From Pirellulales bacterium (GTDB lineage Bacteria; Planctomycetota; Planctomycetia; Pirellulales; DASRSE01): a stretch of 48,595 nt of DNA. This document shows positions 18,922 through 27,927 of the stretch, piece after piece; the stretch's first letter is position 1, and the number at the start of each line of letters is the position of its first letter. The translations under genes were made by a program, and so were the position numbers. The notes under the pieces were generated by a model that was not told the origin of the DNA, did no database searches, and saw only the letters and a list, made by a program, of their open reading frames with translations. The DNA lies in contig DASRSE010000125.1 of the NCBI GenBank assembly GCA_035656655.1, positions 1-48,595 of the forward strand. The letters run 5' to 3'.

Positions 18922-19599
18922 TTAGACACGCTTCTTATGCCGCTCCCTTTGAGCGACCGAGTGCCGCTGCAAAAACTTCGCAGCCGATTTCAAATCGTGA
19001 ACGAAACCGCGCCGCATGGCGTGGCGCGCAGCCTCATCCGGGGCTCGCAAGATCGCCGAGGGGTGAAATGTCGCCAGTACGGACGGACCTCCTGGCCGTT
19101 CGCAGATTTCGCCCCGCTGCCGGGTCACGCGAAACTCGCGGCCGAGAATCCCTTGAGCCGCCGTGGCGCCCAAGCACACAATCAAGTCGGGCTCGATGGC
19201 GGCAATTTCCGCTTCGAGCCAAGGGCGGCAAGCGTCCACTTCGCGCGCCGTCGGCATGGCGTGCAGGCGTCGCTTGCCGCGCGGTATCCATTTGAAGTGC
19301 TTGACGATGTTCGTGACATAGACGGCCTTGCGCTCGAGCCCGACTTCGGCGAGAACCGCGTCGAACAACTGGCCCGCGGGACCTATGAACGGCTTTCCCG
19401 CCCGATCTTCTTGGTCGCCCGGTTGTTCGCCGACGAAAACCAACCGTGCCGCCGCCGCGCCAGCGCCGAACACGGTCTGGGTCGCGTTCGCGAACAGGGG
19501 ACAGCCCTCGCAGGCCGCCGCCGCGCGGCGCAATTGGGTCAGGTTCTTCTTGACTGGCATGAAATCCAGCGCCGAACGGCGATCCGAATTTTTGCTCAT
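18922..19599 (-). CDS. Family-4 uracil-DNA glycosylase, UdgX-like subclass
   Basis: 225 aa from the ATG at 19597-19599. Fe-S Cys CEGCPLF, motif A VFVGEQPGDQED, motif B TFHPSAILR, and an inserted loop RGKRRLHAMP that resembles the UdgX KRRIH loop. Confidence 0.8.
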   Translation of the reverse strand: MSKNSDRRSALDFMPVKKNLTQLRRAAAACEGCPLFANATQTVFGAGAAAARLVFVGEQPGDQEDRAGKPFIGPAGQLFDAVLAEVGLERKAVYVTNIVKHFKWIPRGKRRLHAMPTAREVDACRPWLEAEIAAIEPDLIVCLGATAAQGILGREFRVTRQRGEICERPGGPSVLATFHPSAILRAPDEAARHAMRRGFVHDLKSAAKFLQRHSVAQRERHKKRV

Positions 19600-19750
19600 G
19601 AGGGATGGCTCGCCGCGAACATGAGGCTGCTCAAGGGGCAAAATAAAGCGGCAAATGCCGGGCCAACTTTCATTCGACTTGGCTCGAAAACTGCATCTGG
19701 CGCCATCAATCTTTCCTAAAACGGCTCTTGGGCTGCGAGGCGGGTGACGG

Positions 19751-20380
19751 ATGAAGCTATCAATCGTGGGATTTGGAAACGTCGGCCAAGCCCTCGCGCG
19801 GCGGTGGAGCGCGGCGGGACATGAGGTAACGGTCTGTGTCCGCGATCCGCAAGCGCCGCGGAAGCAAGCGGCGGCCGCACCGATGGGGGCCTCGCTCGAA
19901 CCGCTCAATCACGCCAGCCGGAACGCAGTCGTTCTCCTCGCAATCCCGTGGCGGACGGTCGCGGAGGTTGTGCCGCAGCTTGGCGATTTAGCCGGCAAGA
20001 TCGTGCTCGACTGCACGAATCCGGTGAACCCGGAACTGACCCATTTGACGCTTGGCTTTGAACGGTCCGCCGGCGAGATTTTGGCCGAAATGCTGCCTAC
20101 GGCCCGCATCGTGAAGATCTTCAACACGAACGGCTCGTCGAATATGGAGAACCCGCAATACGGCGACCATCGCGTCACGATGCTGTACGCGGGTGACGAC
20201 GCCGGCGCGAATCAGATCGGAGCGCAATTAGCTCGCGACATCGGCTTCGAACCAGTCTATCTCGGCCCCTTGAGGGAATCTCGACTCCTCGAGCCGCTCG
20301 CCATGGCCTGGATCAAACTCGCGCGCGAACGAAGGCTCGGTCGGGAGTTCGCCCTCGACGTTGTTCGCCGGGAGGCGTGA
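19751..20380 (+). CDS. NADP-dependent oxidoreductase of the F420-dependent NADP reductase / ProC-like Rossmann family
   Basis: 209 aa. N-terminal dinucleotide fold MKLSIVGFGNVGQALARRW. Length and C-terminal pattern match the NADP_oxidored_coenzyme-F420-dependent family. Confidence 0.7.
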   Translation: MKLSIVGFGNVGQALARRWSAAGHEVTVCVRDPQAPRKQAAAAPMGASLEPLNHASRNAVVLLAIPWRTVAEVVPQLGDLAGKIVLDCTNPVNPELTHLTLGFERSAGEILAEMLPTARIVKIFNTNGSSNMENPQYGDHRVTMLYAGDDAGANQIGAQLARDIGFEPVYLGPLRESRLLEPLAMAWIKLARERRLGREFALDVVRREA

Positions 20381-20430
20381 TTCGCAGGGCCGGTTATCGG
20401 TCGGCTGTGCCGCGAATCGCCTGGCGCACC

Positions 20431-20743
20431 GTCATTCCCGCGGACGGAAATGACGAGTGGAAGCGATGTCCATCGCGCTGGATTCCCGCCGTGCGTGACC
20501 AACAGAGCGATGTCTTGGCTGGCGGATGCGGATATTGCCCGTTCGACGTCATTCCCGCGCAGGCGGGAATCAAGCAATGCGTGCCGCCTTTCGACGCGGG
20601 TTTTGCTGCCTCACAGCGTTTCTGCGCACCCCGGGGATGCAACAATGCGTCCTGTCCTACGCGCTGGATTCCCGCCTGCGCGGGGATGACGACGAGTGGA
20701 AGGCATGACCTACGCGCTGGATTCCCGCGTGCGCGGGAATGAC
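20431..20743. repeat. Array of REP-like palindromic repeats (core GTCATTCCCGCG-N3-5-CGCGGGAATGAC)
   Basis: Copies sit at 20431-20454, 20480-20499 (half copy), 20548-20571 (perfect ATTCCCGC-gcag-GCGGGAAT), 20667-20690 and 20719-20743. The linker GACGAGTGGAAG..CGCGCTGGATTCCCGC occurs twice (20452-20490 and 20688-20729). The array fills the gap between two convergent genes. Confidence 0.8.
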
Positions 20744-20768
20744 GAGGGGATTTGATCTCTCGCCCAGG

Positions 20769-22571
20769 TCAGCCGGGCCCGTGCAGACCGAATGTTGGCG
20801 AATGGTGCGATTCGAGCGTCTTGCCATTGCCGAGATACATATGGACGCCGCACGGCAAGCACGGGTCGAAGCTCCGCACCGCACGCATGATGTCGATGCC
20901 TTTGAATTTGTCCGGTCCATTCTCTTCAAAGATCGGCGTATTCTGGACCGCGTCTTCATAGGGGCCCGGGGTTCCATAGGAATCGCGCGGCGTCGCGTTC
21001 CAAGGAGTGGGCGGATACGGATGATAGTTCGCGATTTTTCCCTTCCGAATCACCACGTGATGCGAAAGCACCCCGCGAACCGCTTCGTGGAACCCGCAAG
21101 CGATGGCCTCGTCGGGCACTTTGAATTCATTCCAGGTCTTGGTACGGCCCGCATGAATTTCCTTCAGCGCCTTTTCGGCAAAATGCAGCGCTGCCGCCGC
21201 CGCATACGCTTGAAAATAGGTCCGCGCCCGGTCGCGCTCGATCGCGTTGCTCCATTTCGGAATCTTCCATTCGAACTCGACCTCCGGCATGGTCGCCGTT
21301 CTCGGCAAGTAGATTTTGACGCTCTTGCCGGTCGCCTTGAGATAGCCGATATCGACCTTTCCCGCGAGTGCCGTGGACCAGAGCCGCGCGATGGGTCCGC
21401 CGCCGGTATCCAGCGCGAGATATTCCTTCGTGCGTTTGTCGTACCATCGAGGGCACATCACCCAGCTATATTTATCGTTGAAATCGCGCTTCTGCGGCCG
21501 CGGCAAGGTCGTTTGATTCCACGGATGCCGCTGATCGACCGGATTGCCCAGCGGATCGTTCTTCACGAACGTCTCGGATTGATTCCAGTCGTCATAGTAC
21601 GAATGGCCGAGCAGAATGCGAATACCGAGGTTGATGTCGACCAGGTTGGTGGTGACATGTTGACCATCGACAATCACGCCCGGCGTGACAAACATGTCAT
21701 TGCCCCAGGCGTCCATGTGCTCGTACTTATAATCGCAGCTATCGGGGTTGTTCCACGACCCCCAGCAGCCGAGGAGAATCCGGCGGCGGCCGACCTCTTC
21801 GTACCCCGGCAGGGCCTCATACCAGAAGTCGAACAGATCTTCGTGCAGCGGCAAACAGCGTTTCATGAACTCCACGTACTTCATCAAGCGGACCAGATAA
21901 TCGGTGATCAGTTGCGGAGTGGCGTGCGTGCCGACTCCGCCCGGATACAAGGTTGACGGATGGACGTGGCGGCCTTCCATCAAGCAGAACATTTCGCGGG
22001 TGTAGCGGCTGACGAGGAGCGTTTCGCGATAAAACTCGCCGGTGAAGGGGTTGAGCGCCCGCATGATGTCCGCGATGGTTTTATAGCCATGCAGCTTGGC
22101 ATTGGGCGCGTCCGTTTTTTCAGCCTTGGCGAGAACGCCCGGATTGGTCTCCTTGACCATCATTTCGCAGAAATCGACTCCGACGAGGTTGTCTTGAAAA
22201 ATGTTGTGGTCGAACATGTACTCGGCCGCCTCGCCGAGGTTCACGATCCACTCGCCGATTTCCGGAGGCTTCACGCCGAAGGCCATGTTTTGGGCGTACA
22301 TTGCGCAGGTCGCATGGTTATCGCCGCAGATGCCGCAGATGCGGCTAGTAATGAAATGCGCGTCGCGCGGGTCTTTCCCTTGCATGAAAATACTGTAGCC
22401 GCGAAAGATCGAAGAGGTGCTATGGCACTCGGCGACGACCCGATTCGCAAAGTCAATCTTGGTATAGATTCCGAGGCTGCCGACAATCCGCGTTATCGGA
22501 TCCCAATTCATTTCGACGAGGTTTTTCGGATCCGATTTGACCGACTTGCTAGGCATCGCGGCAGTGGACAC
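20769..22571 (-). CDS. hhyL: [NiFe]-hydrogenase large subunit, group 1h/5 (Hhy-type), copy 1
   Basis: 600 aa. L1 motif TSRICGICGDNHATC and L2 motif SFDPCLPCGVHMY, followed by a cleavable C-terminal tail. GTG start at 22571 has GGAGG 7 nt upstream. Confidence 0.93.
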   Translation of the reverse strand: MSTAAMPSKSVKSDPKNLVEMNWDPITRIVGSLGIYTKIDFANRVVAECHSTSSIFRGYSIFMQGKDPRDAHFITSRICGICGDNHATCAMYAQNMAFGVKPPEIGEWIVNLGEAAEYMFDHNIFQDNLVGVDFCEMMVKETNPGVLAKAEKTDAPNAKLHGYKTIADIMRALNPFTGEFYRETLLVSRYTREMFCLMEGRHVHPSTLYPGGVGTHATPQLITDYLVRLMKYVEFMKRCLPLHEDLFDFWYEALPGYEEVGRRRILLGCWGSWNNPDSCDYKYEHMDAWGNDMFVTPGVIVDGQHVTTNLVDINLGIRILLGHSYYDDWNQSETFVKNDPLGNPVDQRHPWNQTTLPRPQKRDFNDKYSWVMCPRWYDKRTKEYLALDTGGGPIARLWSTALAGKVDIGYLKATGKSVKIYLPRTATMPEVEFEWKIPKWSNAIERDRARTYFQAYAAAAALHFAEKALKEIHAGRTKTWNEFKVPDEAIACGFHEAVRGVLSHHVVIRKGKIANYHPYPPTPWNATPRDSYGTPGPYEDAVQNTPIFEENGPDKFKGIDIMRAVRSFDPCLPCGVHMYLGNGKTLESHHSPTFGLHGPG

Positions 22572-22688
22572 GAGATAACCTCCTGAGTTAGCGAATCGTG
22601 AGAAAACAGGTCCACAACACGGCGGACAGAATAAGCCGGCAAATACAATCCAAAGCGAGTTTTTTCGACCGTTGCGAAACCGCGCAGA

Positions 22689-23753
22689 TTAGTAGGTGGT
22701 TGGCTTGTAGCCGGTCGTCAAGCGGCCATCCTTGTGGCGCCACTTCGGCTCATGGTTGGCGATCCCTTGCGTAATTTTACGCAAGGCCTTGATCACTTTG
22801 CCGTACATATACGAACCGGCGGAAGACACCATGCTGCCCGGCGGAGCGTCCATAAAGGGCATGAATTTGTCGGGGAAGTTCGGCATCGTGCAGCCGATGC
22901 AAATTCCGCCGACATTGGGACAGCCGCCGATTCCGGCCATCCAACCGCGCTTGGGGACGTTGCAATTGACCACCGGTCCCCAGCAGCCAAGGCGAACGAG
23001 GCATTCCGCCTCGCCATAATGATGGGCGAATGTCCCTTCTTCGTAGTAACCGCCGCGATCGCAGCCTTCATGGACCGTTTTGCCAAACAACCACTTCGGG
23101 CGAAGTTGGTCGTCGAGCGGAATCATCGGCGCCAAACCGGCCACTTGATAGAGCAAGTAAAGGAGCGTTTCCATGAAGTTGTCCGGCTGCACCGGGCAGC
23201 CCGGAACATTCACAATCGGCAAACCGGCCTTCGATTTCCAATGCCAGCCGAGATAGTCGGCCAGCCCCATTGCTCCGGTCGGATTGCCTTCCATCGCGTG
23301 GATTCCGCCATAGGCGGCGCAGGTGCCGGCGGCAACGACGGCCAGCGCCTTCGGCGCCAGGCGGTCGATCCATTCGCAAGTCGTGATTGGTTGGCCCGTT
23401 TTGGGATCAGTACCGAGAGCCGCCCAATAGCCCTCTTTTTTGATCTTTTCGTTCGGCAGCGAACCTTCGATGACCAGCACGAACGGATCGAGCTTTCCTT
23501 GTTCCGCCTGGAACCAATACTTCATGAAGTCGTCGCCGACCTCATAGGCGAGCACGGGGTTGTGCAGATGGACTTTTGGCAAGCCGGGAATGGCTCCCAT
23601 CACCACATCTTCAATGCTCGGCTGCGAGGCCGCTGTGATCGAGACCGAGTCGCCATCGCAACTCAAGCCCGCGGTGATCCACAGAATGTGAACTTCTTTG
23701 ACGGCCGGCGGATGTTGGGTTTTTTTTCCATAAGGTTCCGTCGCAGCCACCAT
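22689..23753 (-). CDS. hhyS: [NiFe]-hydrogenase small subunit, group 1h/5 (Hhy-type), copy 1
   Basis: 354 aa with no twin-arginine signal. Proximal-cluster motif GLSCDGD (Cys/Asp instead of CxxC), then GTCAAYGG and PGCPVQPDN. The distal and medial Cys clusters are complete. RBS GGAGGTG. Confidence 0.92.
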   Translation of the reverse strand: MVAATEPYGKKTQHPPAVKEVHILWITAGLSCDGDSVSITAASQPSIEDVVMGAIPGLPKVHLHNPVLAYEVGDDFMKYWFQAEQGKLDPFVLVIEGSLPNEKIKKEGYWAALGTDPKTGQPITTCEWIDRLAPKALAVVAAGTCAAYGGIHAMEGNPTGAMGLADYLGWHWKSKAGLPIVNVPGCPVQPDNFMETLLYLLYQVAGLAPMIPLDDQLRPKWLFGKTVHEGCDRGGYYEEGTFAHHYGEAECLVRLGCWGPVVNCNVPKRGWMAGIGGCPNVGGICIGCTMPNFPDKFMPFMDAPPGSMVSSAGSYMYGKVIKALRKITQGIANHEPKWRHKDGRLTTGYKPTTY

Positions 23754-24177
23754 GGAAGCACCTCCGAATCAAAGGAGTGGGATCAGAGAATCGCGCTTAA
23801 CCCAAGGTCTCTAGCCGCCAGCGACTGGAGTTGGTCCAAGCAAAGCTGCAAATACTACGCCGCGCAGCGATGCATCTTCGCCTATGAATTAGGTTTGCGC
23901 TTCGCCGCTCAAAGACGGCACATCGCAGGCCCATTCTTCGCACAAGTCTCAAACAACAGGGCGCCTTGCCGCCGAGACCCGAGTGATTTTGCCCATGCCA
24001 TCAGCCAGGCGGATTCGCGTCAAAACTGGACTCAACTACGCCAGCTTGCTTGCTGTCGGACCAGACACGACCAAAGAGCCTATTGAGAACAGCTCCAATT
24101 TGGAGTCGTCAAAAGCGCAGTGCCGCGCGCGCTTCGGACCGACTCATTACCGCGGCTCGCCGCGGTTCACTAATTGC

Positions 24178-25182
24178 ATGGGTTGGATGGAAAATCGCTT
24201 CCGACGTGGCATGGCGCTGGTAAAAAGCGTGCTTCGACCTGATATGGACCGTCTCATGGCCGCCAAAGCGCACAAAAAAACGGCCGCGGAAAAGCTTCCT
24301 GACGACGCGCCGGCCACCGACCGCGCCAAGGAGCGCGAGGCCGAAGACGAAAAATTCGTCCCGGTGATCGTGAAGCGGACGGACGAAGCGCGGCGGCACC
24401 CGGATGATACGTTGCATCAGGCGGTGAAGGATGGCCTCGAGCAACTTTATCGCGGCGGTTGGTCGTTGCTCCTTTCCGCCATTGCGGCGGGTTTAATTCT
24501 CGGGTTTACGGTCTTGTTGCTGGGGGTCATGGCGGCGGCGGCGGCGCCGCTCCACTCGCCGAGTCTGACGCGTTTGTTTACGGCGCTGGTGTATCCGATC
24601 GGCTATATCATCTGCATCCTCAGCGCCACGCAACTGTTTACCGAGCACACGGCGACGGCGGTCTATCCGGTTCTTGACCGGCGAGCGCCCGCGGCGCGGT
24701 TGCTTCGGCTCTGGGGACTCGTGATTGTCGGCAATTTGCTCGGCACGTTAGCGAGCGCCGGCCTGCTGGCGCTCGCGGAGCCGGTCGTGCAAGCCGCGCC
24801 CGGCTATTTGGAGATGGCTCATAAGGCGGTCGACGTGGCGACCGTGCCGCTTTTGGCCAGCGGAATATTGGCCGGCTGGTTGATGGCCCAGGCGGCGTGG
24901 CTCGTCAGCGCCTCGCCGCAAACCAGCGGTCAATTCATGTCAATTTACGCAGTGACCTTCGTGATTGGCGCCGGGGGACTGCATCATTCGATCGCCGGGA
25001 CGGGCGAATGGCTGACCGGCGCATTTTTGTCGAGCGAAATCACCATCGGCGCTGGGGCGCGCTTTACCGGCCTGGCCCTGGTGGGCAATTTGATTGGCGG
25101 CTCGATCTTTGTCGCGATTTTGAATTACGTCCACATCCGAGCGTCACGCGAAAATGAAGCTGCAGCGCCCAGCAGCGAGTAG
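24178..25182 (+). CDS. Formate/nitrite transporter (FNT) family channel with a charged N-terminal extension
   Basis: FNT signatures SATQLFTEHT and GGLHHSIAGTGEW, with six predicted TM helices. The start is uncertain: ATGs at 24178, 24187 and 24211, and the ORF track begins at 23983. Confidence 0.8.
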   Translation: MGWMENRFRRGMALVKSVLRPDMDRLMAAKAHKKTAAEKLPDDAPATDRAKEREAEDEKFVPVIVKRTDEARRHPDDTLHQAVKDGLEQLYRGGWSLLLSAIAAGLILGFTVLLLGVMAAAAAPLHSPSLTRLFTALVYPIGYIICILSATQLFTEHTATAVYPVLDRRAPAARLLRLWGLVIVGNLLGTLASAGLLALAEPVVQAAPGYLEMAHKAVDVATVPLLASGILAGWLMAQAAWLVSASPQTSGQFMSIYAVTFVIGAGGLHHSIAGTGEWLTGAFLSSEITIGAGARFTGLALVGNLIGGSIFVAILNYVHIRASRENEAAAPSSE

Positions 25183-25288
25183 CGAGCGCGAGCGATTTCG
25201 GCTGAATCCTCCGCCGCGCGCCGGCTCGTTGGCGCTGGCGCGTTGTTGAACTCGAAACAGCGTTTTCTGGCCCAGTTGGCCTCTGGGC

Positions 25289-25804
25289 TCAATCAGCCGG
25301 TCGCGGCGCGGCATTCAAAAACTCGGCCACGAGCCGTTCGACGAGCGCGACGGCCGGGTCCACCGCCGCGGCGACCACCGGGCTGAGCCCCATCCGGCCT
25401 TCTTCCGCAAGGCCAAAGTCAAACGGTTCGCAGCCGACTACGAATAGCTTTTGCACTTCGCCCCCCAGCGTCCGCACTAGGCGAAGCACTTTCAGCGGGT
25501 CCATGCTGTGTCCTTCCAGCGGAGCCAACTCCGGCGGCTCGTCGGCCATGGCCGCCAAGTCCGGCTCGATCAGATAGACCGTCCCCGGCGCGTCGCCGCG
25601 CGGGGCGGCGTCCACCAGCACCGACTGGCCATACCCGTCCATCAGCGCATAGGCGACATCAAAACCGCGAATGCCGAAATCGCAAATTCGCACGCGTGCG
25701 GGCCAAGACTTCAGCAACAAACGCCGGACCACCTCGCAGCCGAATGCGTCGTCGCCAAGAAAGAGATTGCCGATCCCTGCGATTAGAATGTGGTCAGCCA
25801 GCAT
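25289..25804 (-). CDS. Hydrogenase maturation endopeptidase (HyaD/HybD/HupD family)
   Basis: 171 aa. ILIAGIGNLFLGDDAFGCEV and the later D..H metal-ligand pattern are typical of large-subunit C-terminal proteases. Confidence 0.88.
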   Translation of the reverse strand: MLADHILIAGIGNLFLGDDAFGCEVVRRLLLKSWPARVRICDFGIRGFDVAYALMDGYGQSVLVDAAPRGDAPGTVYLIEPDLAAMADEPPELAPLEGHSMDPLKVLRLVRTLGGEVQKLFVVGCEPFDFGLAEEGRMGLSPVVAAAVDPAVALVERLVAEFLNAAPRPAD

Positions 25805-25816
25805 GGGATGGGCGAA

Positions 25817-26131
25817 CTAGCTGCCGACAACGGGCGCGACGAGTTCGACTTCCTCCAGCAAAAAGAAAAAGCGGTGGCCGATGTGCCGCATCAGCCCAAT
25901 GTCGCGCCCCGGATCGTCTTCCACCACAATCGCCAAATGAATGCGGTTTTCAAAGTCTTGTTCGATCGCCTCGACGATGCCGATCTTGTCTCGCAGAGCC
26001 AGGTCCATGATGTCGGCGTTCGCGCGAGGCTTTAGCCGGACTCGATCGCCGGCTCGAATGGCGACCCCTTGAACGAGCACGCTTTGCAACCGCGTGCGGT
26101 CGTCGGGATCGAGAAAATCAAACGGGTTCAT
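25817..26131 (-). CDS. Small conserved protein of unknown function in the hydrogenase maturation operon
   Basis: 104 aa (MNPFDFLDPDD...HRFFFLLEEVELV). Its ATG at 26129-26131 overlaps the upstream gene end by 14 nt, and its stop is 12 nt before the protease start. I recognise no catalytic motif. Confidence 0.6.
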   Translation of the reverse strand: MNPFDFLDPDDRTRLQSVLVQGVAIRAGDRVRLKPRANADIMDLALRDKIGIVEAIEQDFENRIHLAIVVEDDPGRDIGLMRHIGHRFFFLLEEVELVAPVVGS

Positions 26132-27236
26132 GGCCCCCTCCCACACGCCGCAAGCCGCGAATCGCGCCGTGCATCTTCAGCAGAAATTCTTCGGGCAAGC
26201 TCTCGGTTCGTTCGAGCATTTGCCGCGTGCGGTCGTCGAGCCCGCGCGCCTCGGCCTTTTCCGCCTCGGTGAGCGTGAGAATTCGCAACGTCAGCAGTTC
26301 GTCGTTTTCGGTGCCATCGAACAAGTCGCCCGGGCTTTCCGGAGCGATGGCCGGATAATCGTAGAGAATGATCGGCGACGCCAGCAGCAGATCGGTCCGG
26401 CCCGGCGCGCCGATCAAGACGGGCCAAACCCCATCGTTTTGACATTCCGCCGCGAGCGATTGCCACGCCGCAGGAGGTTCGAGCAACGAGATAAAGGACC
26501 CGTGTTCGACCCCTGCGACCGCGTGCGCGGAAATCAGCGAGCGGCGCAAATTCTCTTGCCGGGCGTCGCGCATTGGTACGCCGCGATTGGATGTCTCCGG
26601 CGCCGCGGATACGCCGAGGGTCTCGTTTTGCACGACGATCCGCAACGACCAGCCGTGGGGCGCGATCGGCCGCGCGGAAAGTTCGATCTTGCCGCGCAGT
26701 GCCGCCGCGCTGCGGAGAGCGAGGCCGGCGATTTCGCCCGCGCGATTGCGCAAGACTTCGCGCTGCTGTTGCTCCGCGAACTCGAAGGGGTGTTCAAGCG
26801 GCGCGCGGGTCAAATTATCGAGCTTGACGCCCGCGACGACGACCTCTCGCTCTTCCGCCTCATCCCAGGTGGCGAACGTTTGACCATCGATGACCACGGC
26901 ATCGACCGGTTCGAGCTCCGGCGTTTCGCCCGCCGCGCCGCGCACTTCCGCCAAGCCAAGCCCAACCGGGCGGCACAGTTGCCGCGTGCGGAGGTGCAAA
27001 CAACGAACGCGCAGTTCGATCTCCGTCGGAGCGGGGCGCGGAGCGGGGGCTGCGATCAAGCATTCGGCCTGAAAGACGCCTTTCAGATGCGGATCAAGCG
27101 TCTCGCTGCCGCGTGGCGACAAGACCCCAAAATTGAACCGCTGCCGATTCTTGATTGCCGAGGCGCGATACGGATAGAGGACGTAGCCTTCGTACAGCAC
27201 GGCGCGGGCAATTTGATCAGCCGGTGCGAAATTCAT
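26118..27236 (-). CDS. Conserved protein of unknown function in the hydrogenase maturation operon
   Basis: 372 aa with coding-like codon usage. ATGA overlap with the upstream gene at 27233-27236. No recognisable domain and no Cys motif. Confidence 0.65.
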   Translation of the reverse strand: MNFAPADQIARAVLYEGYVLYPYRASAIKNRQRFNFGVLSPRGSETLDPHLKGVFQAECLIAAPAPRPAPTEIELRVRCLHLRTRQLCRPVGLGLAEVRGAAGETPELEPVDAVVIDGQTFATWDEAEEREVVVAGVKLDNLTRAPLEHPFEFAEQQQREVLRNRAGEIAGLALRSAAALRGKIELSARPIAPHGWSLRIVVQNETLGVSAAPETSNRGVPMRDARQENLRRSLISAHAVAGVEHGSFISLLEPPAAWQSLAAECQNDGVWPVLIGAPGRTDLLLASPIILYDYPAIAPESPGDLFDGTENDELLTLRILTLTEAEKAEARGLDDRTRQMLERTESLPEEFLLKMHGAIRGLRRVGGGHEPV

Positions 27237-27883
27237 GACGGCGCCTCGCGGTTGGAACTGTCAAGTAGCCGCGTCAATGCTTGCTCCCAACTCGGGATCA
27301 CCTGCGCTGCCTTGTACTGCTGTAACCGCTCGAACACATCGCGCCGGACGCGGAGCCAGACGCTATTTGGGTAAAACGTGTCCATCATCTCTTGCCAGAC
27401 CGCAACCGGCATCCGGTAAGCCGCTTCCAGGTCCCACGAGATTTGCGCGATTTGCAAGGGACCGGCCGCGGAGCGATAGAAAATCGTGCCGGAAAACAAA
27501 AACGTCAACGGCACGTCTCCTCCCGCCAGCCCGTGAAAATATTTTGTCGCGGCGACATTAAAATCGAACGTGCAAGGAATCGGCAATTCGATCGTTGTTT
27601 CTTCGACAAACGAGCCGACATTCGCGAGCGCATGGGTCCATAGCAGCCGACCCAGCGTCCGGCTCCATTGATCCGGCGCGCCGAACAACTCGACCAGGTT
27701 GGCCTGCTCCGCGGGAGAATAATGGCGGCGCGTCGCTTCCAACTGCAACTGGACGCGGAGGGCGATGTTCTGAACGGGCAATTCCGGTCGCAGATTCGCG
27801 ATCCGCAGACGAAAGTTAAGCGTCGGCACCGCCGCCGCCGGATCAGCGCGAGCGCTCAAGATTTGAAAGTTTAAGTCCGGCAT
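27233..27883 (-). CDS. Conserved protein of unknown function (possibly DUF6084-like) in the hydrogenase maturation operon
   Basis: 216 aa from the ATG at 27881-27883 (MPDLNFQILSARADP...). The 89 codons further upstream in the ORF track are Arg-rich and look non-coding. The family assignment is from memory only. Confidence 0.6.
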   Translation of the reverse strand: MPDLNFQILSARADPAAAVPTLNFRLRIANLRPELPVQNIALRVQLQLEATRRHYSPAEQANLVELFGAPDQWSRTLGRLLWTHALANVGSFVEETTIELPIPCTFDFNVAATKYFHGLAGGDVPLTFLFSGTIFYRSAAGPLQIAQISWDLEAAYRMPVAVWQEMMDTFYPNSVWLRVRRDVFERLQQYKAAQVIPSWEQALTRLLDSSNREAPS

Positions 27884-27927
27884 AAGGGGCACTCTACTCG
27901 ATTCGCAGTCGCGATCGCGCTGCCAAG

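Noticed and set aside
20381-20768. I considered whether the repeat cluster could be a CRISPR array, or whether the ORFs across it (20377..20742, 20450..20689, 20526..20708, 20394..20645) are genes.
   Set aside because: The repeats are palindromic, of variable length and orientation, and separated by a repeated linker rather than by unique spacers of constant size. No cas genes are present. The ORFs are simply translations of the repeat in different frames.
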